Part shown: positions 24,902-35,300 of the stretch, piece after piece
Numbering within the stretch: the first letter of the stretch is position 1
How the letters are laid out: each line of letters opens with the position of its first letter
Source: a virus
Lineage: Duplodnaviria; Caudoviricetes
Direction: 5' to 3' (one strand)
DNA: 38,220 nucleotides
IMG/VR virus record: IMGVR_UViG_3300032314_000455
Span: 1-38,220 of that record
The notes under the pieces: generated by a model
Databases searched by the model: none
What the model was told of the DNA's origin: nothing
The model's input: only the letters and a program-made list of their open reading frames with translations
Program-made: the position numbers and the translations under genes

Positions 24902-25597
24902 ATGGCTAAGACTCCAGCAACTATTGGACGTGGTACGAAGATTTTTGTTGCACCTACTCAGGGTGACAGGGTATGGCCAGAAGAAACGGTGATTACTGTG
25001 GGGACTGCTCCTTCGGCTGCGGCTACTTCAATTACCGTGACTATATCTCCATCGTTAACTGCAAATATTTTTGCATCTGCTGGTAGACCCGTTTATTTGA
25101 ATTTTATTCAAACTAATGGGAAGTCTCATTTTGTGGAAGTAACAGCACCAATCACTCCTACTAGCACTACTTTGACGGTGAAGGCGTTGAAGGAGGCGAT
25201 TACTGTAGATGCGATCGCAGTTTTCCCTTTGTTATTAGCTAATCGTGAAAATGCAAATTTAACTGATGATAAAAAGGAGTCTGATATCAATGTTTTTGAT
25301 AACGATGGATATAAGGATTCTCTTACTGCTGAGTTGTCGAAGGGGTTGACTTTGCCTGGGTTCTATTCTCAGTTGGATGCTGGGTGGAACACCTGTTTTG
25401 ATGCAGCAAACAGCCTGGATTACGATGAAATTTACGTGAAACTGGAATTGGTTAAGCCAAAAGGATACACAAAAGGACGCATTTTTGAGTTTTTCTCTAG
25501 CGTGAAAATGCCTTTTGATGTGCCAGCTACGGACATTATTAAGACGGAAATTTCTCTGATGTCTCGCGGAGAAATCAAAATTACTAAGCCTGTGTAA
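24902..25597 (+). CDS. major tail tube protein (siphovirus type) with inserted beta domain
   Basis: AAGGAG RBS; GRGTKIFV...D...FDNDGYKD...L.LPG.Y...DAG...beta-rich C-terminus; followed by frameshifting chaperone. Confidence 0.75.
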   Translation: MAKTPATIGRGTKIFVAPTQGDRVWPEETVITVGTAPSAAATSITVTISPSLTANIFASAGRPVYLNFIQTNGKSHFVEVTAPITPTSTTLTVKALKEAITVDAIAVFPLLLANRENANLTDDKKESDINVFDNDGYKDSLTAELSKGLTLPGFYSQLDAGWNTCFDAANSLDYDEIYVKLELVKPKGYTKGRIFEFFSSVKMPFDVPATDIIKTEISLMSRGEIKITKPV

Positions 25598-25652
25598 GTG
25601 GTTTTTGGTGGGCAATGCCCACCCTACAAAATCTTATTATTTAGTTGTTTAT

Positions 25653-26267
25653 ATGTTGCCTTTTGATGTTTGTCCAAAACAAGAAACTGTGTTGGTTGGG
25701 AGTCTTAAAACGGGTATTTTAAGATTCCCTGTTTTTTATGGATTGCTGGTATTAGAGCAAATTAATATCAATAAGGTTCTAGGTGAGATTAGTCCTTATG
25801 TGATGACTTGCGAACTTGCTCAAAGGATTGAACAGGAGAAGGGATTTGATTTATTGCTTTGTTACGATGCGGTAGTTAGGGATACGACTGATAAGTCGGA
25901 GGCGGAAATTTTGCAAATGCGAAAAATCCGAATTTTTTATGCTCGTGAAATTGAAAAAATCAACAATTTTTCAGAAACTTTTGCGGAACAGGAACGGTTA
26001 ATTACTGTAACTGAAATTTTAACTAGAATTGAACCTAACTGGAAGTTGGAAGACACTCACAGAATTTCTATTCCGCTTTTAAAGTCAATATGGGAGTTTG
26101 CTAATAATGAAATCAAAGGTTTGGACATATCTGCCCAGGCGACTGTTTTGTCTGAGGAGGATATAAAAAAGCCGTTGGGCGCAAGTCCGAGCCTATCAAC
26201 TGGGGTGATATCTTCTGGCGAATCCAATCCTATTGGGGAGAAAGGGATTCCCGCTTTAATTCAGTAA
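25653..26267 (+). CDS. tail assembly chaperone (G-like, 204 aa)
   Basis: Follows tail tube; contains in-phase slippery heptamer A AAA AAG at 26165-26171; start re-assigned to ATG 25653. Confidence 0.75.
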   Translation: MLPFDVCPKQETVLVGSLKTGILRFPVFYGLLVLEQININKVLGEISPYVMTCELAQRIEQEKGFDLLLCYDAVVRDTTDKSEAEILQMRKIRIFYAREIEKINNFSETFAEQERLITVTEILTRIEPNWKLEDTHRISIPLLKSIWEFANNEIKGLDISAQATVLSEEDIKKPLGASPSLSTGVISSGESNPIGEKGIPALIQ

Positions 26268-26788
26268 ATTTTGCCAAGCAGCCTTGCTGGTTAGTGTTTC
26301 AGGCGCTGTCTGAGGGGCAGAAGCGGGAACGGGAACAGCGACACGCCTATGAGTCACCTATAGCTCAATTAACTAGCGTTTATGCCAATAGTCAAAAGAC
26401 TAAACCGCCCTATTTTAATACTTCAGACTTTTATTTTTTTGCATCAGAAGATGAATGCACAATTAATGTTGATGTTTGCGCCACTTTTTTGGCGGTTGCT
26501 AATGACCAACGTTTACCTAGCTGGGTTTTGGGGTTATCCCCTATGGAAGAAATTGAAAAAGCTAAGACTGGAAGGGTTGCTAAAACTAGGATGTGGATGT
26601 GTCGTGGATTGGCTTTGATTTGTCCTAATTTGGAGGAGGGGATTTTAACTGCTGGTATGGCGGTGATTGATGATAATTGTCCGGTTGGTGAGGTGGAGGT
26701 GTTTGATATTGATTGTAGTGAAAATTATGTAATCCATGTTCCTGAAAGGTTTGATGAGGCTTATCTTTTGGATGTGTGTTGGACATGA
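26165..26788 (+). CDS. -1 frameshift extension (GT-like; fusion 25653..26788, about 378 aa)
   Basis: -1 frame is open from the slip site (KAVGRKSEPINWGDIFWRIQSYW...) straight into ORF 26294..26788; GCAA-tetraloop hairpin at 26175-26190. Confidence 0.8.
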   Translation, partial: KKAVGRKSEPINWGDIFWRIQSYWGERDSRFNSVNFAKQPCWLVFQALSEGQKREREQRHAYESPIAQLTSVYANSQKTKPPYFNTSDFYFFASEDECTINVDVCATFLAVANDQRLPSWVLGLSPMEEIEKAKTGRVAKTRMWMCRGLALICPNLEEGILTAGMAVIDDNCPVGEVEVFDIDCSENYVIHVPERFDEAYLLDVCWT

Positions 26789-27225
26789 AAAAGTCACTTT
26801 TCTACAGTTATGCCAATGCTACTTTAAGGTTAAAAATTGCGGCTGCTGGAGGTTTTTTAGTAACTGATCCAAGAACGGGTAATGTTATGCCTGTTCTTGA
26901 GGTTGTGGAATATGGGGCTTTGCTTAAATCTAAACCGAGTAAGGATGATATGAAGTTGCGGTCTTTGGCTGGGGTGGATGCAGCTAGTGTTTATGTTGAG
27001 GGGTGGTTAATTGGGATTATTAATTTGGGGGTTATTCAGGGGTTGGAGACGGCTTTTTTCCCTGAAGGGGTGAAAGTTCCTTTGGAGATGGATGCGGTGG
27101 TTGATGGGCGTGGGGGACGGCTGCAAATTCTTCCTTCTGTGGCTTCTCCCTATGGGGTTGATAACTATACTGGGCAGAAGATTTTTGGTTATTTCAGTCA
27201 CAGGAAGGGAGTAAATGAAGTTTAA
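26785..27225 (+). CDS. putative head-closure / neck protein
   Basis: ATGA coupling; beta-rich; precedes gp10-like gene. Confidence 0.55.
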   Translation: MKKSLFYSYANATLRLKIAAAGGFLVTDPRTGNVMPVLEVVEYGALLKSKPSKDDMKLRSLAGVDAASVYVEGWLIGIINLGVIQGLETAFFPEGVKVPLEMDAVVDGRGGRLQILPSVASPYGVDNYTGQKIFGYFSHRKGVNEV

Positions 27226-27628
27226 GCGAAATGAAAAGGGGATTGGTGATTTAAAAGCCAAGATAAGAGAGGCTTTTGGCGCAACTATGGCGGTTTTGGA
27301 TATTGAATATGATGATGTGATTGAGAGTGAGGTGGTATTTGGTGATCTGGGGTTTGTTGGACAGGACATTGTTGATACGGCACGGTTTCTGAAAAGCAAA
27401 ACTTTGACTGTTCGTGAGGATTCTGTGGTGTGGTCTTGGAATCCGAAAAGCCCGGAAAATGGTTATCCCTATGCGGCGGCGTTGTATACGGGGTTTTGGG
27501 CTTTTGGTAAGAAATATATAGCGGGAAGACCCTGGACTGATAGGGCAATTGAGAGGGTAAATCTACCTGAATGGATGTCCTATGAGTTGGGGAAAATGGG
27601 GGTTAAGTCTAGGTTTAGACTCTATTAG
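27215..27628 (+). CDS. HK97 gp10-like tail completion/neck protein
   Basis: IVDT.R...S...YAA....G......GRPW...A motif. Confidence 0.7.
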   Translation: MKFKRNEKGIGDLKAKIREAFGATMAVLDIEYDDVIESEVVFGDLGFVGQDIVDTARFLKSKTLTVREDSVVWSWNPKSPENGYPYAAALYTGFWAFGKKYIAGRPWTDRAIERVNLPEWMSYELGKMGVKSRFRLY

Positions 27629-27640
27629 TGATGGTTGATC

Positions 27641-28054
27641 ATGTCCGACACTATTGAACTCAGGGAAAAGATTTTTACTGCTTTAACTGATGTATTAGGA
27701 ACATACACCTTTGGTAACGGGGGGACAACTCCAGCCTTGGTTGTATTAAGCGATAATGGAGAGCTATTCCCCCCTGAAAATACTCAGGTGGAAGGTTTAG
27801 AAGTAATAATATTCAGTCCCAATATCAAGCCTGACGCTTTATTGCAAGGGTACAAAATCCGTGAAGAGTGGATTTTGCATCTGAAGCAGTGGGAAGTGGG
27901 TGAGGATGTCCAAGCCGCTCTTGATAGCTTATTTGAAGCTGAATTAGAGGGTTTTGTGATCACGCAGGTTAATTACGTTCCTGCTGATTACAGAATGGGG
28001 ATTCCTTTGGGAGCGCAGGTTAAGTTGTCCAGGTTTTTAATTTCAGGATCATAA
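27641..28054 (+). CDS. putative tail terminator protein
   Basis: Position after gp10-like gene; size and alpha/beta pattern. Confidence 0.5.
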   Translation: MSDTIELREKIFTALTDVLGTYTFGNGGTTPALVVLSDNGELFPPENTQVEGLEVIIFSPNIKPDALLQGYKIREEWILHLKQWEVGEDVQAALDSLFEAELEGFVITQVNYVPADYRMGIPLGAQVKLSRFLISGS

Positions 28055-28057
28055 ATT

Positions 28058-28594
28058 ATGATTAAGTTACCGTTTGTTGTTGACCCTAAGCAGGATGTAG
28101 CAAGAGTTGGGCATGAAGGAATAGGGGTTGTAGAGTTACCGCGTTATTATGCTTTGCAGGATAATGAAGTTGTTTTTATTGCAGATAATGAAATTTCTTC
28201 TGAAAAGTTGGCGATTGATACAGCTAAGGCTATTCGGGAAAAGTCTGCTGAAGTATCTGCAACAGGTGACGCTGTATCTCCAGTTCCTCAGAAAGAGGGT
28301 GGAAATTCTGTTGTTGCAACGGCAAATGCTCTGCTTGGTCGAGATTATGAATTTTTTGTTGACAATGTAGATGAGTTGTTGGATTTCAGTAAGCGAAGAA
28401 AGAATATTACTAGACATCAAGATGTGGTTTTGGTGACGGCGATTATTAAGTATCGGTTGGTGTCGGATTGGACTATTGAAAATACTAAGGATGCAAGTTT
28501 GTTGACTCCTGGGCTTTTTGCTGAGTTGTTGAAGTTTGCACGAGAGGAAGAGTCTGGGGTTGAGGAGGATGAAGTAGCGGAAGTCTCAGCATAA
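28058..28594 (+). CDS. paralog of tail assembly chaperone 25653..26267
   Basis: LPF.V.PKQ....VG....G....P..Y.L..E and W..E.T...L...FA..E..G shared with 25653 product. Confidence 0.7.
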   Translation: MIKLPFVVDPKQDVARVGHEGIGVVELPRYYALQDNEVVFIADNEISSEKLAIDTAKAIREKSAEVSATGDAVSPVPQKEGGNSVVATANALLGRDYEFFVDNVDELLDFSKRRKNITRHQDVVLVTAIIKYRLVSDWTIENTKDASLLTPGLFAELLKFAREEESGVEEDEVAEVSA

Positions 28595-28653
28595 TAGCCC
28601 AACTGGCTAAAACAGAAGCATCTACCAGTCCAAAATTTACCTATGGATTGGTT

Positions 28654-29379
28654 ATGAAAGAAATCCCTTTGAACCAAATTATTCTCGGTGACGCTCTGGA
28701 GGTGATGTTATCACTTCCAGATAGTTGCATTGATACTGTTATCACAGATCCGCCTTATGGAACTACTGGTATTAAGTGGGATATTCCCATAGATTTAACA
28801 ATTTTCTGGCATGAGGTGAACAGGGTTACACGAAATACATCTGTGATAGCTGTTTGCTCTGCTCAACCTTTTACTACTGATGTTATCAACTCTAATCGCA
28901 AGAATTTCCGCTATGAGTTGATTTGGGAAAAAACAATAGCGTCTGGTTTTCTCAGTGCCAATAGTAGGCCTCTACGAGCGCATGAGAATATTTTGATTTT
29001 CAACCGCAAAAGCAAGGGAAGTACGTACAACCCTCAAAAGACCAAGGGTGAGCCGTATAAGTCTAAGGGTGGGGGACGTTGTGAACAGTATGGGGATTAT
29101 CGGGGAACTCCAACAGTTAATTTAGGCGATAGATTTCCCCGTAGTGTTTTGAGGTTTCCCACTGTTCAAAAAATGGGGCATCCAACTAGCAAACCACTGG
29201 GGTTAATGAGGTGGTTGGTAAATACTTACTCTAATCCTGGGGAAATTGTTCTTGATCCTTTTATGGGTTCTGGAACGACGGCAGTAGCTTGTATAGAAGC
29301 GGAAAGACAATATATTGGCGTGGAAAAGATGTCTGAGTACATCAATCTTGCTAATGAACGAATAGTAAAAACGAGGTAG
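28654..29379 (+). CDS. orphan N6-adenine/N4-cytosine DNA methyltransferase (beta class)
   Basis: TDPPYG (motif IV) before HPTSKP and LDPFMGSGTT (motif I). Confidence 0.93.
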   Translation: MKEIPLNQIILGDALEVMLSLPDSCIDTVITDPPYGTTGIKWDIPIDLTIFWHEVNRVTRNTSVIAVCSAQPFTTDVINSNRKNFRYELIWEKTIASGFLSANSRPLRAHENILIFNRKSKGSTYNPQKTKGEPYKSKGGGRCEQYGDYRGTPTVNLGDRFPRSVLRFPTVQKMGHPTSKPLGLMRWLVNTYSNPGEIVLDPFMGSGTTAVACIEAERQYIGVEKMSEYINLANERIVKTR

Positions 29380-29383
29380 TGTC

Positions 29384-32300
29384 ATGAGCGTATTAGGTGC
29401 TGTTTCAGTTGAAGTTTCTCTGGATATGTCTGGGGTTGAGAAGCAGTTGCAGTCTTTGGATTCCAGTAAGCTAAAGCCGCTAAAACTTGGTGTGGAATTA
29501 GATACAGCACAGTTGCAGCGAGAACTGAAACAGTTACCTAGTAGGCTTGATCCGATTAAGGTGGATTTGTCTCCTAATGTTGAGGATTTTCGGAAGAAGT
29601 TGCAGAAACTGGGTAATTTATCTAGTTCTGTGCGGGTGGAGTTGGTGGGAGATACGGAGGGGTTACGGGATGGGTTGAGGAGTCTGCGGATTGACCCGGT
29701 TAAGGTGGATTTAGCGCCTAATGCTGAGGATTTTCAGGAGAAGTTACGACGGGTTGGTCGGATTAGTCCGGTGACTATTGAGGTTAAAGTTGATAAACTT
29801 GCCGTTGAGAGGGAATTTCAGGAAGTTGGTAAGTATGCAGCACAGGGATTTACTCAGGGTTTTGGGGATGCTGAGACTGTTGGTAAGGACGCTGCTGAGT
29901 CTTTGTTGATAGGTATGAAGGATGGACTTGAAATCAAGTCCCCTTCTCGTAAATTTACCAAAATTGGGGAAGATTCAAAAACAGGTTTGTTGAAAGGAGT
30001 AAAAACATCTGACTCTGAAGTTCAGGGTATTGTCAAGAACTTTGTGAATCAGTTTAAAAATGCAAATTTTAGTATTGAAGTAAAGTTAAAAATTAACGGA
30101 AAAGATGTCCAGAAGGAAATCAATAGTCTCACGTCAAAACTGAACATTACAAAGCAAGATTCTAAGACGACAGAAGATATATCAGAATCCATTCAAGAAG
30201 GGTTTAAAAAAGCCAAGCCAAAAACGAATTTACTTGGATCATTGTTTGGAGGTATAGGAAATACCTTACTAGCACCTTTATCTGGGGCGTTATTTGGTGC
30301 TTTTCAAGGCATAGGATTACCTCTCGGTAATCAGATTGGGGCAGGGGTCTCTAAGGCTGTTCAGCAATCAATTAGTCAAGATTTTGGATCTCTAGACTTA
30401 ATTGCATTCAAGGCAACGGAAAAAGCGTTACAGGGCATCCCTGAAGCCCAACAAGCTATAACCGAAGTAATTAAGAGCAATCCAATAGGGAATATTGTTG
30501 TTAAGCAGCTAGAGTCTTTAACAGAGGTTTTAGAAACCTATGGTATTAGCACGAAGGCAGTAAAGAATTTAAGTACAAATCAAGAAAAAGTAGTTGCATC
30601 TTCGTCATTGCGATTTGAATCTCAGCAGACTGAATTTAAATCAAGGAAAAAGGCTAAAGCCGCTGCGATGAATGATTTTTTATCTGTTACGGATCAAAAA
30701 TCCAGTATGGATCAAGTAACAGGGTTGCTTAATGATTCTCAGAAAAAAGCTGCAAAACTTTTACAAGGAATAACTCAAGTATCCCAAAGAATAGCTTCTG
30801 GTAAGGCATTAAAAGGTGATGCTCAGTTGTTGGCTGATGCTAATGCTGAGTTAGCACAGGAAATGCAATCCATTCAGACACTGAAAGAGGTTAAACATAA
30901 ATATACAGAAAGAGTTAAATCAGTAATACGTAATCTAGCTGAACTAGGCATAGAATCAGGGCTAACATCTCAAGCTGTTAAAGATATAACTATATCTGAG
31001 ACGCTTGAAGAATTAATCTCAGCGCAAAATGCTATCAAAGATGCCCGCAAAAACATAGTAATAAAAGCGAAAACACCCGAATCAATTAAAGTCAAAAAAT
31101 TAAAAAAACTTGAGTCAAAAGCTATTGAAGCAAAAGGAACGCTAGACAAAACATTATCTTCGCCAGATGCAAGTGTAGAGGATGTCCAAAAAATCAAGAA
31201 AAAGAATGCTGCTGCTCAAAAAGCTTTAGAACTCTACCGGGTTGAAATAGCTTCCCCAGAGAAGGAGATAGAAAAAGCTAGTCAGCAACTGGAATCGGTT
31301 AACAACAAATTATCTAGTGGCTTAAATCAATTAATAACAAATATTTCTAATAGTGTAGTATCTGCAATTCAATCCGCAACTAGGGAGGTTATTGATGTAG
31401 GAAATTTAGATAAAATCCCCCAAGCCAAACCAACTGTGGGACAACAAGTTGCTGATCAAGAAGCAGTTCAGAGGGAGAAAGAAAGAAGGGAAGCTGCTAA
31501 AAAGCAGGAATTAAAGCAGTTGAAAGCCCAGCGGGCGGCGCAATCCCCACAGTTATATATTGATGCCGTTCAGGCGGTTTCAAGAAGGGTCACTGGGGAA
31601 AATTTGCCTCTTGATAAAATTCCCTCACTCGTTCCGTCGGATATGGGCGGAATCGCTGCAAAGGGTAGGTATACAGCAAAAACTAATACCTATGAAATCA
31701 AGCCTGAGCTTTACCAGCAAATCGAAAATGGTGATATTAGCCAAATCACTGATGAAGTTATTACGAATATTACTCATGAAATTTTCCACGCTTTTCAGCA
31801 TGGTTTTGGACAATCTATTGCTGAAATAGGTGGTAAACCTGCGGTTGATATTTCTCCTACAAAAGAAGAATTAACCCGATTAGGTGGCGACATAGAAGCA
31901 TCTGTAGCATCTCAAAGGGAAGAAAGAAAACCTCTGAGTAGGCAACTAGAAACTGGGGCGTATATTTTTGCTGACCGCAATGCAGCCGCAGTAAAAGAGG
32001 AGTTGAAGCGGAAAAAGCTCAAGGAACAGGCACTCTCATTAGGGGGTGTAGCTGGTAATAAAATTATCTATGAAGATACGAATAATGCGATCGCTAAAGT
32101 TCGCCCAACTATCCAAGCATTGCAAAGCAAGGGTATAAATGTTGACGGACTAAAAGCCTCTATTAATCAAATTATCAATGATTCTAGGAAAGAAGCTTCT
32201 GATTTAGGATCTGCTTTTTCAGACCTTGATAAATTATCAACAGATGAAATGGAGAAGCTTGTTGATAGATACAAGGAAATTCTTCAGAAAATTGATAGTG

Positions 32301-35300
32301 TCACAGAATTAACTAAAAATGAGGTCATTAAAGCCCTATCTGCCCCAAGAGAGAAACCAGCCGAACAGGCAACTTTATCAGTGCAACCGGATAATCATCA
32401 AATAGGGTTAAATAATTCTGCGGATGTCAAAAACTTTTTAACCAAAAACTTAAATGCCAGCGGTGTTAGAGAGTTGGCGGGTAAAATGGGCGTTGATACC
32501 AAACACGCCAATAAGGAACATTTAATAAATGAGATATCTGCGAGTGGTGGAACGGCTGAGGGTAGGGCAAATATTCAGCATCGAATTAAAAATCTACCAG
32601 CAGATAAATATTTAAAATCTTCTCAATATAAGCCGTTAGAGTCGCCGCAAGCTGTAGATATATCCAAGGATTTAGTACAGCTTCAATCAGCACGTAGGGT
32701 ATTAGCCTCTTCACTAAAATCAGCATCTTCACTTGATAATGCAGCGAAACAAAAATTACTTGAAAGTATCGTTGACCAAGTCCGAGAAAATGAGCTAATT
32801 GCTCAAAATCTTGCTAAAAATAATAAGCTGTCTGGGAAACAGTCTCAACAGTTAGCAGGGACTCGTACATCACTTGGCAATCTTAGCTATCAAGCTAAGA
32901 ATCAGATGTATAGCACACAAGCCGAAAACGTAGGTCATGATATTGGGACTGGCTTGGATGTGGGGTTTAATCAGTCCATGCCTGATGTGATTGCATCTGT
33001 TGCCAAGGGTGCGGAACAAATGCTCCAAACTGTAAGGGATGTTACCGATACGCATTCGCCATCCGAAGAAACCAAGGATATTGGTAGGGACTTTGGAAAG
33101 GGGCTTGAGATTGGTACTGATGAATCTTTGAGAAGTGCAAGTTCATCTATTGAAGGAAATATTCAAGGCATAGTAGCGCAAACTGCTAAAGAAATAGCAG
33201 AGTTAAACGCGGAAATTGCTAGACAGAATAAACGTCAATTTCTAGAAGAACAACGGGCAAATTTAAATATTAAACCCAACGAAAGGAAGCGAAGTCAAGC
33301 CGAGTTAGATGCCATTGCTGGGGCTGAAGCGGCTAGATTTAAAAGGTACGAAAAATCCAGTAGAACGCCTTCTCAGGTAACAGCACAAAGGTTAGAAGCA
33401 AAATCTTTGGAGTCTACTGCATTAGGGGTTGATCAGTCCTTGTCTGCTGTAGAGAATGAAATCAAAGGATTGGAATCCATTGTCAAAGAAACCAATGCTG
33501 CTTTTGCAGTAACAGAAAGTACAGCACAACGCATAAATGTAATATTGGATTTGATGGAGGATGAAACAAATGATTCTGCTGTAGAACAACAAAATATTAA
33601 TAATTCGCTTGTCAAGCAAAGAGCAGAACTTTCTGATATGCTTGAGCGCAAGTACGGATTAGTAGGACTTGCACCAGAAATACTTGCGCCTGAAATCGTA
33701 GGTAGTGAAGTAAGACCTGCACCAGTAAAATCAGATGGTAAAGGCGGCAATTTATTTAGTGGATTAATTAAGGATATTGAAAAAAAAGCTCAAAAACGTA
33801 CTGCTTTATTGGCATTAGAGGCAGGAACAGCGATCGCACCTGGGCTAGAATCACAGGCAATAAGATTTAAACAAGAGGGGAATAGCGTTAAGCAAAAACA
33901 ATACGAAAAACTCGCAAAACAAGCGAGGATGTCCTCTGATGCTGTAACTGAATTGCTAACAAAACCAGGGGAATTGTCTAAAAAAGAATCCGCACGATTA
34001 GCGAAGCTATCTCAGGAGTTAGAGAAAATTTATGAGAAAATTGGCAGGCCACTTCCATCGGGTAGTAGTGGTCCTGGTGGGTTTCTTGCTGATATAGGCT
34101 TTGAAATTTCAGGGATTCTGCCAAAAATTGGTTCGCTTCTCAAAGGGTTTGCAGCTTTTGCGGTTACAAATTATCTACAGAATTATTTCCAAAACATAGC
34201 CAAAGAATCATTTCAGGCATACGTCCAGCTAGACAAGATGAAAACCGTCCTCAACTTTGCATCAGGTGGAGTTAGTGGCGGTAGTAATAATTTAAAATTT
34301 ATTCGTCAACAGGTTGAAGATTTAAAAATTCCTTTAAACGCATCTATTCAAGGGTTTACAAAACTTGAGTCTGCTGCACGTGGTTCGGCATTAGCTGGCA
34401 AGGAAAATCGTGAATTATTTAAAGGGTTGTCCCAAGCCAGTACGGTATTAAGTCTGTCAGGAGATGAAACCGAGGGAATAACCGTTGGATTGGGGCAGGC
34501 AATTTCTAAGGGTAAGTTCTTGGCAGAAGAACAAAACCAGTTAGCAGAAAGAATTCCGGGCTTTTTTGGCATTATGGCTAGAGCCGCAGGAATGACAGAA
34601 GCTGAATTCATAAAACTCAGAGATTCTGGCCAAATTATTACTGAGGATATTCTTCCTAAATTAGGACGACAGCTAAAATCAGAATTTGGTGATGCTGCCA
34701 AAGATGCCTCTGGTAACGCTCAAAGTGCAATATTTGACCTACAGAACTCAATGTTGAGTTTACAGCAGGGGGTGGGTGAAGGTGTCGCACCAGCAGCAAT
34801 TGTTGGGTTGAATTTATTTGCAGGATTGATCAAGGGGACTTCTGCGGTTTCCAGGGAATTGGGATTTGTGTTGATAGCAGTTTCGGTTGTTTTAGCTGGC
34901 AAAATGGCGATCGCCTTAAGAGAGGTAATTGTAAATTTTGCCAGGATGCAACTAGCTGGAGGAACATTAACGGGTGGACTAAGGGCGTTATTGACAACTC
35001 TGAACACCTCAACATCATTACAGCTTGGGGTTGGGTTGTTTGCAGCGATGGAGTTAGTGAGCTTACTCAGTCAAGGTGTTAATACTGAGTTGGTTCAATC
35101 ATTTGATAATGCAGCCAAATCCGCAGAAAGAGCGCAAAATTCAATTGAAAAGGCATTTAATCCTAATATCAAAAAAGGAAGTCTAGGAAGTTTCAAGCCT
35201 GAATCATCTTTTTGGTTTACAAAGATGATTGATGATTATCTCATTAGAGATGGTGCAACTACGTATGGTGATATAGAAGCGCAGAATATTAAAATTGGTG

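Noticed and set aside
25605-25652. N-terminal extensions given by the ORF track (25605, also 10734 and 6161)
   Set aside because: They run through repeat elements or upstream genes; downstream ATGs fit coupling, RBS or paralog alignment better
28654-29379. Restriction-modification system
   Set aside because: No adjacent endonuclease; both neighbours are tail genes
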